Assembly (NCBI GenBank): GCA_034506315.1
Contig: JAPDPT010000005.1
Location: 36,653 to 100,652 of the forward strand
DNA: 64,000 nucleotides
Direction of reading: 5' to 3'
Source: Candidatus Zhuqueibacterota bacterium
GTDB taxonomy: Bacteria > Zhuqueibacterota > Zhuqueibacteria > Oleimicrobiales > Geothermoviventaceae
Both the position numbers and the translations under genes were made by a program. This document shows positions 45,673-54,020 of this stretch, piece by piece. Numbering within the stretch: position 1 is the first letter of the stretch; each line of letters begins with the position of its first letter. The notes under the pieces are model-generated. The model made no database searches, was not told where the DNA came from, and was given only the letters and a program-made list of their open reading frames with translations.

Positions 45673-47697
45673 TTAATGGACAACGGTGAGCTTTTGCACA
45701 AGCTTGCGGCCACCGCTCTCCAGCACACAGACGTACACGCCACTGGGGACGCGCTGGAACTCCGCATTCCGACCGTCCCAGGTTACGTTCCGCAGCCCTG
45801 CTCTGACCTCCCCCGAGTGTACGGTGGCCACCAGTCCCCCCATCGAGTCGAAGATCTGCACACGCAGTGGCATCTCCTCATTGGAGAGAACCGGTATGGC
45901 CAGGCGCTCTCCCACCGGATTGGGGTGAGGCCGTCCGATCCAGAGCCCGCTCCTCAGCTCCTGGAACATGCCCATCTGCTTCACGCTGGCCCCAGCGATC
46001 CGGAAATCAACCAAGTTCAGGTTGAAACCGCCGGTGGGGAAGAGGAGCTTCAGCACGTGCCGGCCGGAAGGCAACGTCACCGTGGGGCCGTCAATGTACT
46101 GCCAATTTTTCCAGCCGCCCGTGGAGGGAATGGCTATGGGGCCAGCCAGAGGCGAATCGTCCAGGAAGAGCTGGACGCTGCCCGTCGCCTGAGGGGAGGC
46201 CACGCGTAATCGGACCGTGTACGTTCCTTCCACGTCCACCTGGACGGTGAACTTGAGCCATTCGCCTGCCTCGATCCAGCCGACGCTGTAGCCGTTTCCC
46301 TCTGTGTCTCCACTGGCCTCGATATCGACCCCGTCGTTGCGAAAGACGGAGCCTCGGTTCCATTGCTCGCCGCTTGTGAGGCCTTTGGTCTTCCAGTAAT
46401 CTGTGTCGTGATAGGCCACGCCCTCGTTGCCCATGTCGTACTCAACCGCCAGCAGCCGGCCCGGAAGCCGGTGCTCCGAGTAGGGAACCGGTTCGGTTGT
46501 GAACCCGGGTCGGAGGAGGGCGTCCACCACATCTGGGTGGTACACGCAGTTCTCGAGCTTCAGCTGCTCCGCCATCCCGAACAAGGCGCGACGGGCCAGC
46601 TCGGCATCGGGCCGGGCGGCTCTCCCATTCCAGTAATCGAGCACCCGCTGGTACTCGGCGGTGATGGGGGCCGAGAACGGGCTGGTGAGGGTCTGGAACT
46701 TCTTATGGGTCCACCAGCACCAGCCGATTTTGTTCTGTTCCATGAGCCGGATGCAGGTGCCGAACCAGGGGTTGGAGTTCTCTCCGGACTCGCCAAGCCA
46801 GAGGGGAGTGTGGTAACGCCTTCGGATGTCAAGCAGGTACTGGATGGTCGGCAGGGTCGGCTCGTTCCAGTACTTGTGGAAGCTGTAGCAGAGATTGACG
46901 TCGAAGGGGGGCGTGAGATTGCTGAAATCTGTGGCGTACCAGTTCCCTTCGATGAAGACCATGTGGTTGGGGTCCACTTCGCGGATCGCCTGCGTGATCC
47001 GCATGTACAGAAGACGAAGCTCGGTGGTGCTGTGGCCCGAAGGAAGCACAGGCTCATTGAGGAGGTCATAGCCTCCGATCCACTCCTCCTGCGCGTACCT
47101 CTCGGCGATACGGCGCCAGATGTCCACCACCCGATCCTGATTCGAGGGGTCGGTCCAGAGGCGGGCCTCGATCCCGTCCGAATCGCTATGGTTCTCTTTG
47201 TTCTGCCCACCGGGGGCGCAATGCATATCCAAGATCAGGTAGAGGTGATACTTCCTGCACCACTCCACCACCCGGTCGAGGAGCTGGAATCCCTCCTCTA
47301 AGTACACACCGGGCTGGTCGGGCGGTGTGAGAAGCGCGTAATGAAAGGGCAGCCTGATGGAGTTGAACCCCCACTGGGCAATCCGCGCCACATCCTCCTC
47401 CGCCACGTAGTGGGCGCGGTATTGCTGGAAGAACTCATCGGTCAACTGGGGACCCAGCAGGTCGGCGATGAGATTGCGAATGGACGTCGGGGAGCCGAAT
47501 CCGGGCACTCTCAGCATGTAGCCCTCGGGAACCAACCAGCCGCCAAGTCCCAGGCCCCGTAGGATGACCTCCTCCCCGGTACGGGTGTCGATGATGCGCT
47601 CGCCTTGGGCCTTCAGAAAGGCGAGAGAAGGCACCGGGAGGAGACCGCACAGCAAGACCCCCGTCAGCGCACTCCAAAGTCGCGCATTCGGCTTCAC
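45673..47697 (-). CDS. GH5 family beta-glucanase with C-terminal CBM6/35-like module and T9SS CTD
   Basis: FNSIRLPFHY...LILDMHCAPGGQN...GYDLLNEPV (NEP acid/base motif) identify GH5. The C-terminal beta-sandwich GEWLKFTVQVDVEGTYTVRLRVASP...GGWKNWQY resembles CBM6. The C-terminus ...SGVYVCVLESGGRKLVQKLTVVH is a T9SS CTD. GTG start at 47695-47697 with a GGAGGTGGG RBS, giving signal peptide MKPNARLWSALTGVLLCGLLPVPSLA. Confidence 0.8.
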   Translation of the reverse strand: MKPNARLWSALTGVLLCGLLPVPSLAFLKAQGERIIDTRTGEEVILRGLGLGGWLVPEGYMLRVPGFGSPTSIRNLIADLLGPQLTDEFFQQYRAHYVAEEDVARIAQWGFNSIRLPFHYALLTPPDQPGVYLEEGFQLLDRVVEWCRKYHLYLILDMHCAPGGQNKENHSDSDGIEARLWTDPSNQDRVVDIWRRIAERYAQEEWIGGYDLLNEPVLPSGHSTTELRLLYMRITQAIREVDPNHMVFIEGNWYATDFSNLTPPFDVNLCYSFHKYWNEPTLPTIQYLLDIRRRYHTPLWLGESGENSNPWFGTCIRLMEQNKIGWCWWTHKKFQTLTSPFSAPITAEYQRVLDYWNGRAARPDAELARRALFGMAEQLKLENCVYHPDVVDALLRPGFTTEPVPYSEHRLPGRLLAVEYDMGNEGVAYHDTDYWKTKGLTSGEQWNRGSVFRNDGVDIEASGDTEGNGYSVGWIEAGEWLKFTVQVDVEGTYTVRLRVASPQATGSVQLFLDDSPLAGPIAIPSTGGWKNWQYIDGPTVTLPSGRHVLKLLFPTGGFNLNLVDFRIAGASVKQMGMFQELRSGLWIGRPHPNPVGERLAIPVLSNEEMPLRVQIFDSMGGLVATVHSGEVRAGLRNVTWDGRNAEFQRVPSGVYVCVLESGGRKLVQKLTVVH

Positions 47698-47732
47698 GCT
47701 CCCACCTCCTCGCCTTGTTACCTTGGGTGATG

Positions 47733-47752
47733 TGAACAAAATCCAGGCCGGA
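47733..47752 (-). promoter_or_regulatory. Weaker sigma-54-like -24/-12 element for the GH5 gene
   Basis: Minus-strand cGGCCTG-GATTT-TGTTc: GG at 47749/47748 with correct spacing, but the -12 element is TTGT rather than TTGC. It sits about 35 nt upstream of the GTG start and 75-115 bp downstream of the tandem palindromes, the same geometry as at 36.8 kb. Confidence 0.3.
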
Positions 47753-47824
47753 CTGCGGACGGAAAACGGTGCCTTGAATTGCAACGACTTAACGGGCCGG
47801 CGCACACGGAGGCCGGCCCCGGCA

Positions 47825-47864
47825 ATTATCGCCATGATAATGGGACGTTATTGTTCTGATAACG
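47825..47864. promoter_or_regulatory. Second pair of ATTATC-N5-GATAAT-type palindromes (candidate UAS), upstream of the GH5 gene and adjacent to the sigma-54 regulator gene
   Basis: ATTATCGCCATGATAAT (47825-47841) is a perfect ATTATC-N5-GATAAT site. CGTTATTGTTCTGATAACG (47846-47864) is a degenerate GTTAT-N7-ATAAC site. Centres are 22 bp apart, identical to the pair at 36912-36950. Confidence 0.5.
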
Positions 47865-48053
47865 CCACGAGGGAGGAGTCTCGTCGCCCCTGAGCCCAAG
47901 GGGACAAAGGATGCGCGGTGTCACTTGGACAGCCGTGCGTGAAGGGGTTCTCTTGCAGCGCTCCGGGGAGACCCGTCCGCGATGAGGGGCAAGACGCAGC
48001 TTGCGCGGAACCTCCCCCCACTCCGGCCGGGAGCTGGTAGCCAGAGGGTCCCG

Positions 48054-49514
48054 TTACTTGAGCCCGAGATCGCGGCACATCCGATGGAAGTTCGGTGGTG
48101 CCAGACCGAGCATCCGGGCGGCTTCTGCATCGGAGGAGCAGATCTTTCGCACGTAGCGGAAGTACTCCTCGCGGAAGCGCCTCTCCATTTCGCGCCAGGG
48201 GAGAATCTTCCCGTCGCCCGCGCGCCGTAACCAGTCCTCGATCTCCACCTCTTTGCGAAGCCGGATCTGGAAACCAAGAGCCTCCTCTACGTCCTCCCGG
48301 TCCAGACGCGGCTTCCCGGTCAGGAGAAGCCGCTGTATCACGTTCTGCAACTGGCGCACGTTCCCAGGCCAGGGATAGCCCAGCAGGACTTCCATGGCTG
48401 CCGGGCTCAGCTCCGGCGGGAGGCGGCCCATCTCGTCGCTATACCGCTTGAAATAGTGATCTGCCAAGAGGGGGATGTCCTCCCTTCGTTCGGCAAGGGG
48501 GGGCACGTAGATCGTCAGGACATTGAGGCGGTAGTACAGGTCCTCCCGGAAACGCCCTTCGCTGACCTCGCGCTCCAGATCTCGATTGGTGGCCGCGATC
48601 ACCCGCACGTCAACTTTCACGCGCCGCGTTCGTCCGATCTTGTCGATCTCCCCCTCTTGGATCACACGCAGCAGCGTGGACTGGGTGCTGAGGGGCAGCT
48701 CCGTGATCTCGTCCAGAAAAACGGTGCCCCGATCGGCCAGCTCGAAAAGGCCAGGCTTGTTGGCTTCCGCCCCCGTAAAGGCGCCCTTCTCGTACCCGAA
48801 GAGCTCACTTTCGATGAGGTTCTCCGGCAAGCTCCCGCAGTTTATGGGGAGGAAGTTTTCGAAACGGCGGCGACTGAGGTAATGGATATGAGTCGCCACC
48901 AGCTCCTTACCGGTACCGGAGGCGCCTCGGATCAATACCGTACTGTCGGTTTCAGCACACTGGCGGATCTGCTCGCGCAGGCGCTGAATGGCCGGCGATT
49001 GTCCCACAATGACCCGTTGGGCCAGGATATCCTCGATGCTCTTCTCCAGGCGAGCCGCGGAACGCCGCTTCTCCAGTTCCAGGCGCCTCTTCTCATAGGC
49101 ATTGAAGATGCTCAGAATAAAGTCCGTGGGCTGGTAAATGAAGTCGTCGATGTCGGCGGGGTACTTGGTGCAGTACCAGGTGGCCCCGGCTTCCAGGAGG
49201 CGATTGGCGAATTCGTAGTCGGTCATGTTGATGGTCATCTTGGTCACCACGATGATCTGGAGCGCCGGGTCAATCTCTTTGATGCGGCGGATGAGCGGCT
49301 CTCCCATGAGGCCGCCCGCGATCTGGAAGTCCATGATCACCACGTCGTACGAGCTCGGCGACTTGGCCAATTGCTCCAATGCCAGCCGCCCGTTAGCGAA
49401 CACGTCCACGATCTTGATCCGGTCTGCGAAGGGTTCGAGCGTACGTCGGATGCGGCGCACGTCGAACTCCTCGTCCTCGATCAACATGACCCGGATCGTA
49501 TGGCCCTTGCCCAT
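48054..49514 (-). CDS. Sigma-54-dependent two-component response regulator (NtrC family: receiver - AAA+ - Fis-type HTH)
   Basis: The receiver domain is IRVMLIEDEEFD...VVIMDFQI. The AAA+ sigma-54 activator domain has Walker A GASGTGKE, the GAFTGA sigma-54 contact loop (YEKGAFTGA) and an ESELFGY motif. The C-terminal HTH is AARMLGLAPPNFHRMCRDLGL. ATG at 49512-49514. Confidence 0.9.
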   Translation of the reverse strand: MGKGHTIRVMLIEDEEFDVRRIRRTLEPFADRIKIVDVFANGRLALEQLAKSPSSYDVVIMDFQIAGGLMGEPLIRRIKEIDPALQIIVVTKMTINMTDYEFANRLLEAGATWYCTKYPADIDDFIYQPTDFILSIFNAYEKRRLELEKRRSAARLEKSIEDILAQRVIVGQSPAIQRLREQIRQCAETDSTVLIRGASGTGKELVATHIHYLSRRRFENFLPINCGSLPENLIESELFGYEKGAFTGAEANKPGLFELADRGTVFLDEITELPLSTQSTLLRVIQEGEIDKIGRTRRVKVDVRVIAATNRDLEREVSEGRFREDLYYRLNVLTIYVPPLAERREDIPLLADHYFKRYSDEMGRLPPELSPAAMEVLLGYPWPGNVRQLQNVIQRLLLTGKPRLDREDVEEALGFQIRLRKEVEIEDWLRRAGDGKILPWREMERRFREEYFRYVRKICSSDAEAARMLGLAPPNFHRMCRDLGLK

Positions 49515-49518
49515 GGGC

Positions 49519-51009
49519 TCAGCTCCTGCTCTCATTGGGGATGGTGATCACAAACTGGCAGCCGCGGGAGAGGTTCTCGGCGTCGATCCTCCACCCGCAG
49601 CGCTGCGTGGCAATCTCGTAGGCGATGTAGCAGCCATAGCCGCTCTGATGGGCTGTGGTCTTGGTCGACACGTTCTCCAGGAACAGCCGTTTCACCCCAT
49701 TTTCCTCCAGAAGAAGATCCGGACGGATCCCCACCCCGTTGTCCCCGATGTAAACCTTGGACTCGCCTTTTTCCGGATCGTATACGGTCCGAATGTGTAC
49801 GGTGACCTGCCCATCGCCGGCGTGGTCCAGGCTATTCTGGATCAGCGGCTCAAAAACCTCCCACACGACGAACTCATTGACGTGGACCACAGGCAGATTC
49901 GGGTCCAGGTCCAGCTGGAACTGGTAGTCGCCAAGCGGGGCCGAGACGCGGCGGAAGATGTTGTCCACCAGGAACTGCAAGAGCTCGTTGATGTCCGTTC
50001 GGAACATCGGCCCTCGGATGGCCTGAATTGGCGGGTCGTAGGTCTTCATGTCGTAGATCACGCGGGAGATGAAATTAGCGTACTTGGACACGCGGTACTT
50101 GACCTCCTGGATGTTCTCCACGGACAGGCGCCGGAGATCTTCTTTGATGAAGCCCATGATCTTCTCGGCTTTGTGGTGGGTGTGGTAGATCCGCTTGGCG
50201 AAGAGGGCTTCCTTTTGGTGGTGAATTCGTTCCCGCAGTTGGCGCTCGCGTTCCTCGAAAAGCTGGCGCTGGGCCTCATCCCTCTCCTTGACCGTGTAGG
50301 ACGAGATGTAGAACATGGCAAGCAGGCCAAAGAAAATGAGGCCGGTGAAGATGAGGCTGCTTTCGTTGTAGCTGGAGACGATGCCGCTGGTTACGATCCC
50401 GAAGTCCGGGGCGTACTTCATGTAAAGGGCACCCATCAGCTCGCCCTTCGGGACGAAGGGGACGAAAACGTGGAACGTCCGCGGCGGTTCGACGAGGCTC
50501 CGGATCTGCTCCTGGGAGATGATTTCATCGAAATGCTCACGGTAGAGCTGGAGGGCGCGCGCGTAGGTCGTGTCGTTATCCGCCGGGGGCTCCATTCCCC
50601 AGAAAAGGGTTGCGAACAGCTGCTGCCCGTTGTCCACCGGATGGGCGTTGGCGCCATCGCCCAGAAGCAGGCAGACCTGCTGCACATGGTGCTGGAGCAG
50701 CTGCTCGCTCAGAATGATATTGAAAGCCTGGATGATCTTCTTCGCTTCGTCGTCGCTGACGAAAGGACGGCTCTCAAGGCTCGTCTCCAGAAGCAACTCA
50801 AGGGAAGTTGCGGTGAGATTCGCCAGCTTCTCCGCGAAATCGCGTTGGTACCACTCCTGTGTGTTCACGAGAAACTTCTGCAGGGAGACCTTATGGATAA
50901 ACGACACTAACACCTGGAAGAAGACGAGCACCGAGAGGAGCACCATCAGGTGTTTCAGCTCGAAGTGATAGGGCCTCACCTTATCCATTAACTTCTGCAC
51001 GTACCTCAT
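49519..51009 (-). CDS. Sensor histidine kinase (membrane-anchored, HATPase_c)
   Basis: N-terminal TM segment MVLLSVLVFFQVLVSF. The C-terminal GHKL ATPase stretch is ...LIQNSLDHAGDG...IGDNGVGIRPD...GYGCYIAYEIATQRCGW. Its stop lies 5 nt before the regulator start, so the two are operonic. Confidence 0.75.
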   Translation of the reverse strand: MRYVQKLMDKVRPYHFELKHLMVLLSVLVFFQVLVSFIHKVSLQKFLVNTQEWYQRDFAEKLANLTATSLELLLETSLESRPFVSDDEAKKIIQAFNIILSEQLLQHHVQQVCLLLGDGANAHPVDNGQQLFATLFWGMEPPADNDTTYARALQLYREHFDEIISQEQIRSLVEPPRTFHVFVPFVPKGELMGALYMKYAPDFGIVTSGIVSSYNESSLIFTGLIFFGLLAMFYISSYTVKERDEAQRQLFEERERQLRERIHHQKEALFAKRIYHTHHKAEKIMGFIKEDLRRLSVENIQEVKYRVSKYANFISRVIYDMKTYDPPIQAIRGPMFRTDINELLQFLVDNIFRRVSAPLGDYQFQLDLDPNLPVVHVNEFVVWEVFEPLIQNSLDHAGDGQVTVHIRTVYDPEKGESKVYIGDNGVGIRPDLLLEENGVKRLFLENVSTKTTAHQSGYGCYIAYEIATQRCGWRIDAENLSRGCQFVITIPNESRS

Positions 51010-51021
51010 GGCGGACCCTTC

Positions 51022-52362
51022 CTACTTGAGTACAAACTGGTTGGAAAAAATGGCGGCCTGCGCCTTTTCCAAAGCCTCTGCCACCGACATTTCCCCCCGA
51101 ATGGCCAGGTTTGCGTAATAGGAGAGGATATCCGACACCTGCGTGTAGCGCTCAATGTAGGGGCGGTGCACGCCGTGCTCCATCAGCCTTCGGTACAGGG
51201 ATAGATCTGGGTGCGCCGCGAGGAACGAGGTGTCTGCGTAGATGGACTGCAAGACGGGGATGTACCCGGAGGTTTCGTAGAGGATCTTCTGGTTCTGCTC
51301 TTCAAGGAGGAAACGCACAAAAGTCAGGGCAGCCCTCCCGTTGCGGGAGAATCGCGAGATCATCAGGTTCCATCCGCCGAACACGAAGGCGGGCCGCCCC
51401 CCGGCAAAGTGCGGAAGCGGCGCCAGACCGAAGTTCGACAAGGGAGCGGTCCTTTCAATCTGTTCCCGGTAGTGGAGGAGAAACCCTGGCCAGCCGCGGA
51501 AGAAGATCGCGTTGTGATCCAAGGCGTACATGTAGCTCAGGATCTCGTCGAAGAAGACCACCTTGGGCGGCGTGGCGCGGTAGCGATGGACCAGGTCGGC
51601 GAGGAGCTGCAGGCTGCGCCGGGCCGCGGGCGTATTGACCCGAATCCTCCCCTCGGCATCCACGAGGGAATCCCCCAGGCTCATCACTCCCTCCACGAAA
51701 CTGCAGATGAGCCCCTCGTAGTTGTCCGCCGCGAAGAGGTAGTACGGGCTCGTCTTGGGGCTCCAGCGCTCGAACGCGGCTAAGAATTCTTCCCAGGAGA
51801 TCGAGCGCTGGACCTTCTCCTGGAGCGCCGGCCAGTCCGGAAGTTGTTGCAGGAGGTCCTTGCGGTAGTACATCAGGCCGATGTCCAGGTAGAGGGGCAC
51901 GGCCATCAGCCTTCCCTGGTAGTAGCAGGAGGTCAAAGCATAGGGCAGAAGGCGCGCGCGATCTGCGTGCGTGAAGTAGGCGTCGAGCGGCTCCCCCCAC
52001 TTGGCGAAGCGCGGTACCCAGATGACGTCCACCGAAAACACGTCGATGCGGTCGCTCTTGCTGCGAAGGGCCCGTGCCAGAAGCTCCTTGCGTTCGTTGG
52101 TGCTGAAGCGGGTGAAGGGCAAATGGACCGTAATGACCTGGTAACGATTGCGGTAGCGTTCGTTGAAGCGCCGCACAATCTCCTGGTGGGCAGGGGAAAT
52201 GTTGTCTGCGTAGTAGATTTTCACCACAGGCGGGCGCGCCGGTGAGGTCAGAATCGCCGGACCGACGATAATGGCCAAGATCGCCACCCCAATCACCGCA
52301 AACGTGACCCCCCAGAGCACGCGGCGCCCAAACTTCTCCTCCTGTTGCTCTTCCATGGGCAA
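51022..52362 (-). CDS. Extracellular solute-binding protein (family-1 sugar ABC-type SBP) with no cognate permease; likely a sensor-associated ligand-binding component
   Basis: N-terminal membrane anchor/signal VLWGVTFAVIGVAILAIIVGPAIL. An SBP_bac_1-like body follows (...VDVIWVPRFAKWGEPLDAYF...). TTG start at 52362 with a GGAGGTG RBS. Directly followed by the kinase and regulator genes. Confidence 0.7.
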   Translation of the reverse strand: MPMEEQQEEKFGRRVLWGVTFAVIGVAILAIIVGPAILTSPARPPVVKIYYADNISPAHQEIVRRFNERYRNRYQVITVHLPFTRFSTNERKELLARALRSKSDRIDVFSVDVIWVPRFAKWGEPLDAYFTHADRARLLPYALTSCYYQGRLMAVPLYLDIGLMYYRKDLLQQLPDWPALQEKVQRSISWEEFLAAFERWSPKTSPYYLFAADNYEGLICSFVEGVMSLGDSLVDAEGRIRVNTPAARRSLQLLADLVHRYRATPPKVVFFDEILSYMYALDHNAIFFRGWPGFLLHYREQIERTAPLSNFGLAPLPHFAGGRPAFVFGGWNLMISRFSRNGRAALTFVRFLLEEQNQKILYETSGYIPVLQSIYADTSFLAAHPDLSLYRRLMEHGVHRPYIERYTQVSDILSYYANLAIRGEMSVAEALEKAQAAIFSNQFVLK

Positions 52363-52366
52363 GAGC

Positions 52367-53131
52367 TCACCTCCTGCGGAAAATCTGAACGTGGTCGTAC
52401 AGAGCCTGGGCTGGGAGGTTGCTGTCGTCTCTGGGCCCCGCCCAGGCCACCGATTCCGAATACCAGAGGTTCATCATCACCTGCATCCGCAGATCGGGCA
52501 CGTGCGTCGTGTCCGCCACCTGATGGATCAGCTTTCCGTCGGCGTACCAGCGTACCACCCCCTCCTCCCATTCGATCGAATACTCGTGAAAGTCGGCCGC
52601 GGCATCGAACGGCAGAGCGATGACCTTGGGCCATTGGTGCCCGGCGTCCCCCGCATTGTTCGCAGCGCCCTCAGGCCCCGGATTGTAGTAGATATTCAGG
52701 TGGATCTTGCGTGTATCCTTGCCCAGGAACTCGATGTCGATTTCCTGCCAGGGATTGTACCGGTAGAGGAAAAACGAGCTAACGATCCCGCTCCCCCGCG
52801 CAGCCTTCATCCGCACAGAAAACCTACCGTACAGGTATGAGGAACGCGTCCGAAGCTCCCCGCCGGTGTAGTTCCGGTCCAGGTAGAACTCGGGTCGGAG
52901 CGTGAGGACGAGTTTACCGTCCTGCACTGTGACGTTCTCCGGCTTGAAACGGGCCGCGTTGTACGGGAAGGTGTGAGTGGCTTTCTCCCAGCGCGTTTCG
53001 TTGAGCGTGTCGAAGGGCTCGTCGAGGATGAGTTTCCAGGGCGATGGCTCAGGTGCAGTGGACGATTTCGAACATCCCCACGCAAACAAGACCCACGTGA
53101 TCCAAAGGACCGGCCCCACGCGCTTGCCCAT
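52367..53131 (-). CDS. GH16 beta-glucanase lipoprotein (paralogue of the CTD-bearing GH16 at 21790..23589)
   Basis: Lipobox ...VLFAWGCSKSS. GGELRTRSSYLYGRFSVRMKAARGSG and the catalytic WQEIDIEFLG (ExDxE) are present. 254 aa with no CTD. ATG at 53129-53131 with a GGGAGG RBS. Confidence 0.85.
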   Translation of the reverse strand: MGKRVGPVLWITWVLFAWGCSKSSTAPEPSPWKLILDEPFDTLNETRWEKATHTFPYNAARFKPENVTVQDGKLVLTLRPEFYLDRNYTGGELRTRSSYLYGRFSVRMKAARGSGIVSSFFLYRYNPWQEIDIEFLGKDTRKIHLNIYYNPGPEGAANNAGDAGHQWPKVIALPFDAAADFHEYSIEWEEGVVRWYADGKLIHQVADTTHVPDLRMQVMMNLWYSESVAWAGPRDDSNLPAQALYDHVQIFRRR

Positions 53132-53285
53132 CGTTTACCTCCCGCCGGATTTCCGTTCGAAAGATAGTCAAGGAGCCAGCGGAAGGCAAACGGAAAACCT
53201 CCCGTTCGGATCGGAGCCCTTCGGGACAGGTTGCGAGTCTACTCGGAGAGCCCGAGCATCGTCGGGGTCTTGTCCCCGGCACAGC

Positions 53286-54020
53286 TCAGATGAAACGTTC
53301 TCGCTTCTGCAGGTTTCGGAGGCCAAAGAGGATCGCGAGGAGCGAGGCGGCCGTAAGGTACAGGCGGTTCTGGGCCACAAGGCTCGCCCACACCACCTCG
53401 TTCAAGCCGGAGGGGATCTGGTACGGATTCAGGAACACATTCCACTTGCTCGCCGCCAGAGGCTCGGCGGCGAGGAAGCAGCCAATGCCCAGGGCAACCA
53501 TGACCACCGCGGTTCCACTGCCACTGCGGAGCACCGTTGAAAGCATGAAGGCCAGGCTCCCCCAGAAGACCACGGGGAACATCACCTGCACTGCCATCGG
53601 CAGCACGGCCACGGGCATCACCGTGAGCGAGGCCAGCGCCCCCAGGGCCAGGAGGGTAGCCAGCGCCAGGACAAACATCATCACCAGACGGACGAGCCAC
53701 ACCTTGTACCGGTAGTCCGGGATCCCGAAAAGGATCTCGATCATTCGCACGTCGACGTCGCTCTGCAAGCCAAACGTCGACGGATAGAAGACCACCAGCA
53801 GCCCAGGAAAGAGCAGGTAGTAATACACCAGCCCGGGGCTCGGGGCAGCATCGGAGAACACAAAGATCCCATTGAGCAAGAGGAAGAACGCGACCGCCGC
53901 CAGGAAAAACAGCGGGAACTTGTTCCCGAAGATGATCTTCAGGTTGTAGCGGGCCATCCGGCTCACCAGGTCCGCATGGCTTGCCCAGCGACGGACAGCC
54001 ATCCTTCTCACCGTACTCAT
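53286..54020 (-). CDS. ABC-2 family transporter permease (GldF/NosY-like six-TM subunit)
   Basis: 244 aa with six hydrophobic segments. The N-terminal ...FFLLLNGIFVF is typical of ABC-2 permeases. The ATG at 54018-54020 overlaps the upstream stop in an ATGA arrangement, indicating translational coupling. Confidence 0.75.
   Translation of the reverse strand: MSTVRRMAVRRWASHADLVSRMARYNLKIIFGNKFPLFFLAAVAFFLLLNGIFVFSDAAPSPGLVYYYLLFPGLLVVFYPSTFGLQSDVDVRMIEILFGIPDYRYKVWLVRLVMMFVLALATLLALGALASLTVMPVAVLPMAVQVMFPVVFWGSLAFMLSTVLRSGSGTAVVMVALGIGCFLAAEPLAASKWNVFLNPYQIPSGLNEVVWASLVAQNRLYLTAASLLAILFGLRNLQKRERFI

Noticed and set aside
47767-47786. Plus-strand near-match GGTGCC-TTGAA-TTGCA to the sigma-54 promoter consensus
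   Set aside because: The spacing is off by one nucleotide. It would also fire antisense into the response-regulator gene, so it is probably coincidental.
53132-53285. Searching upstream of the GH16 / binding-protein / kinase / regulator operon for the same palindrome and sigma-54 motif
   Set aside because: There is no ATTATC-N5-GATAAT site, and the only GG-N10-GC (GGTTTTCCGTTTGC) has a poor -24 element. This operon probably uses a different (sigma-70-type) promoter. A short CGGGG/CCCCG hairpin at 53262-53277 lacks a U-tract.
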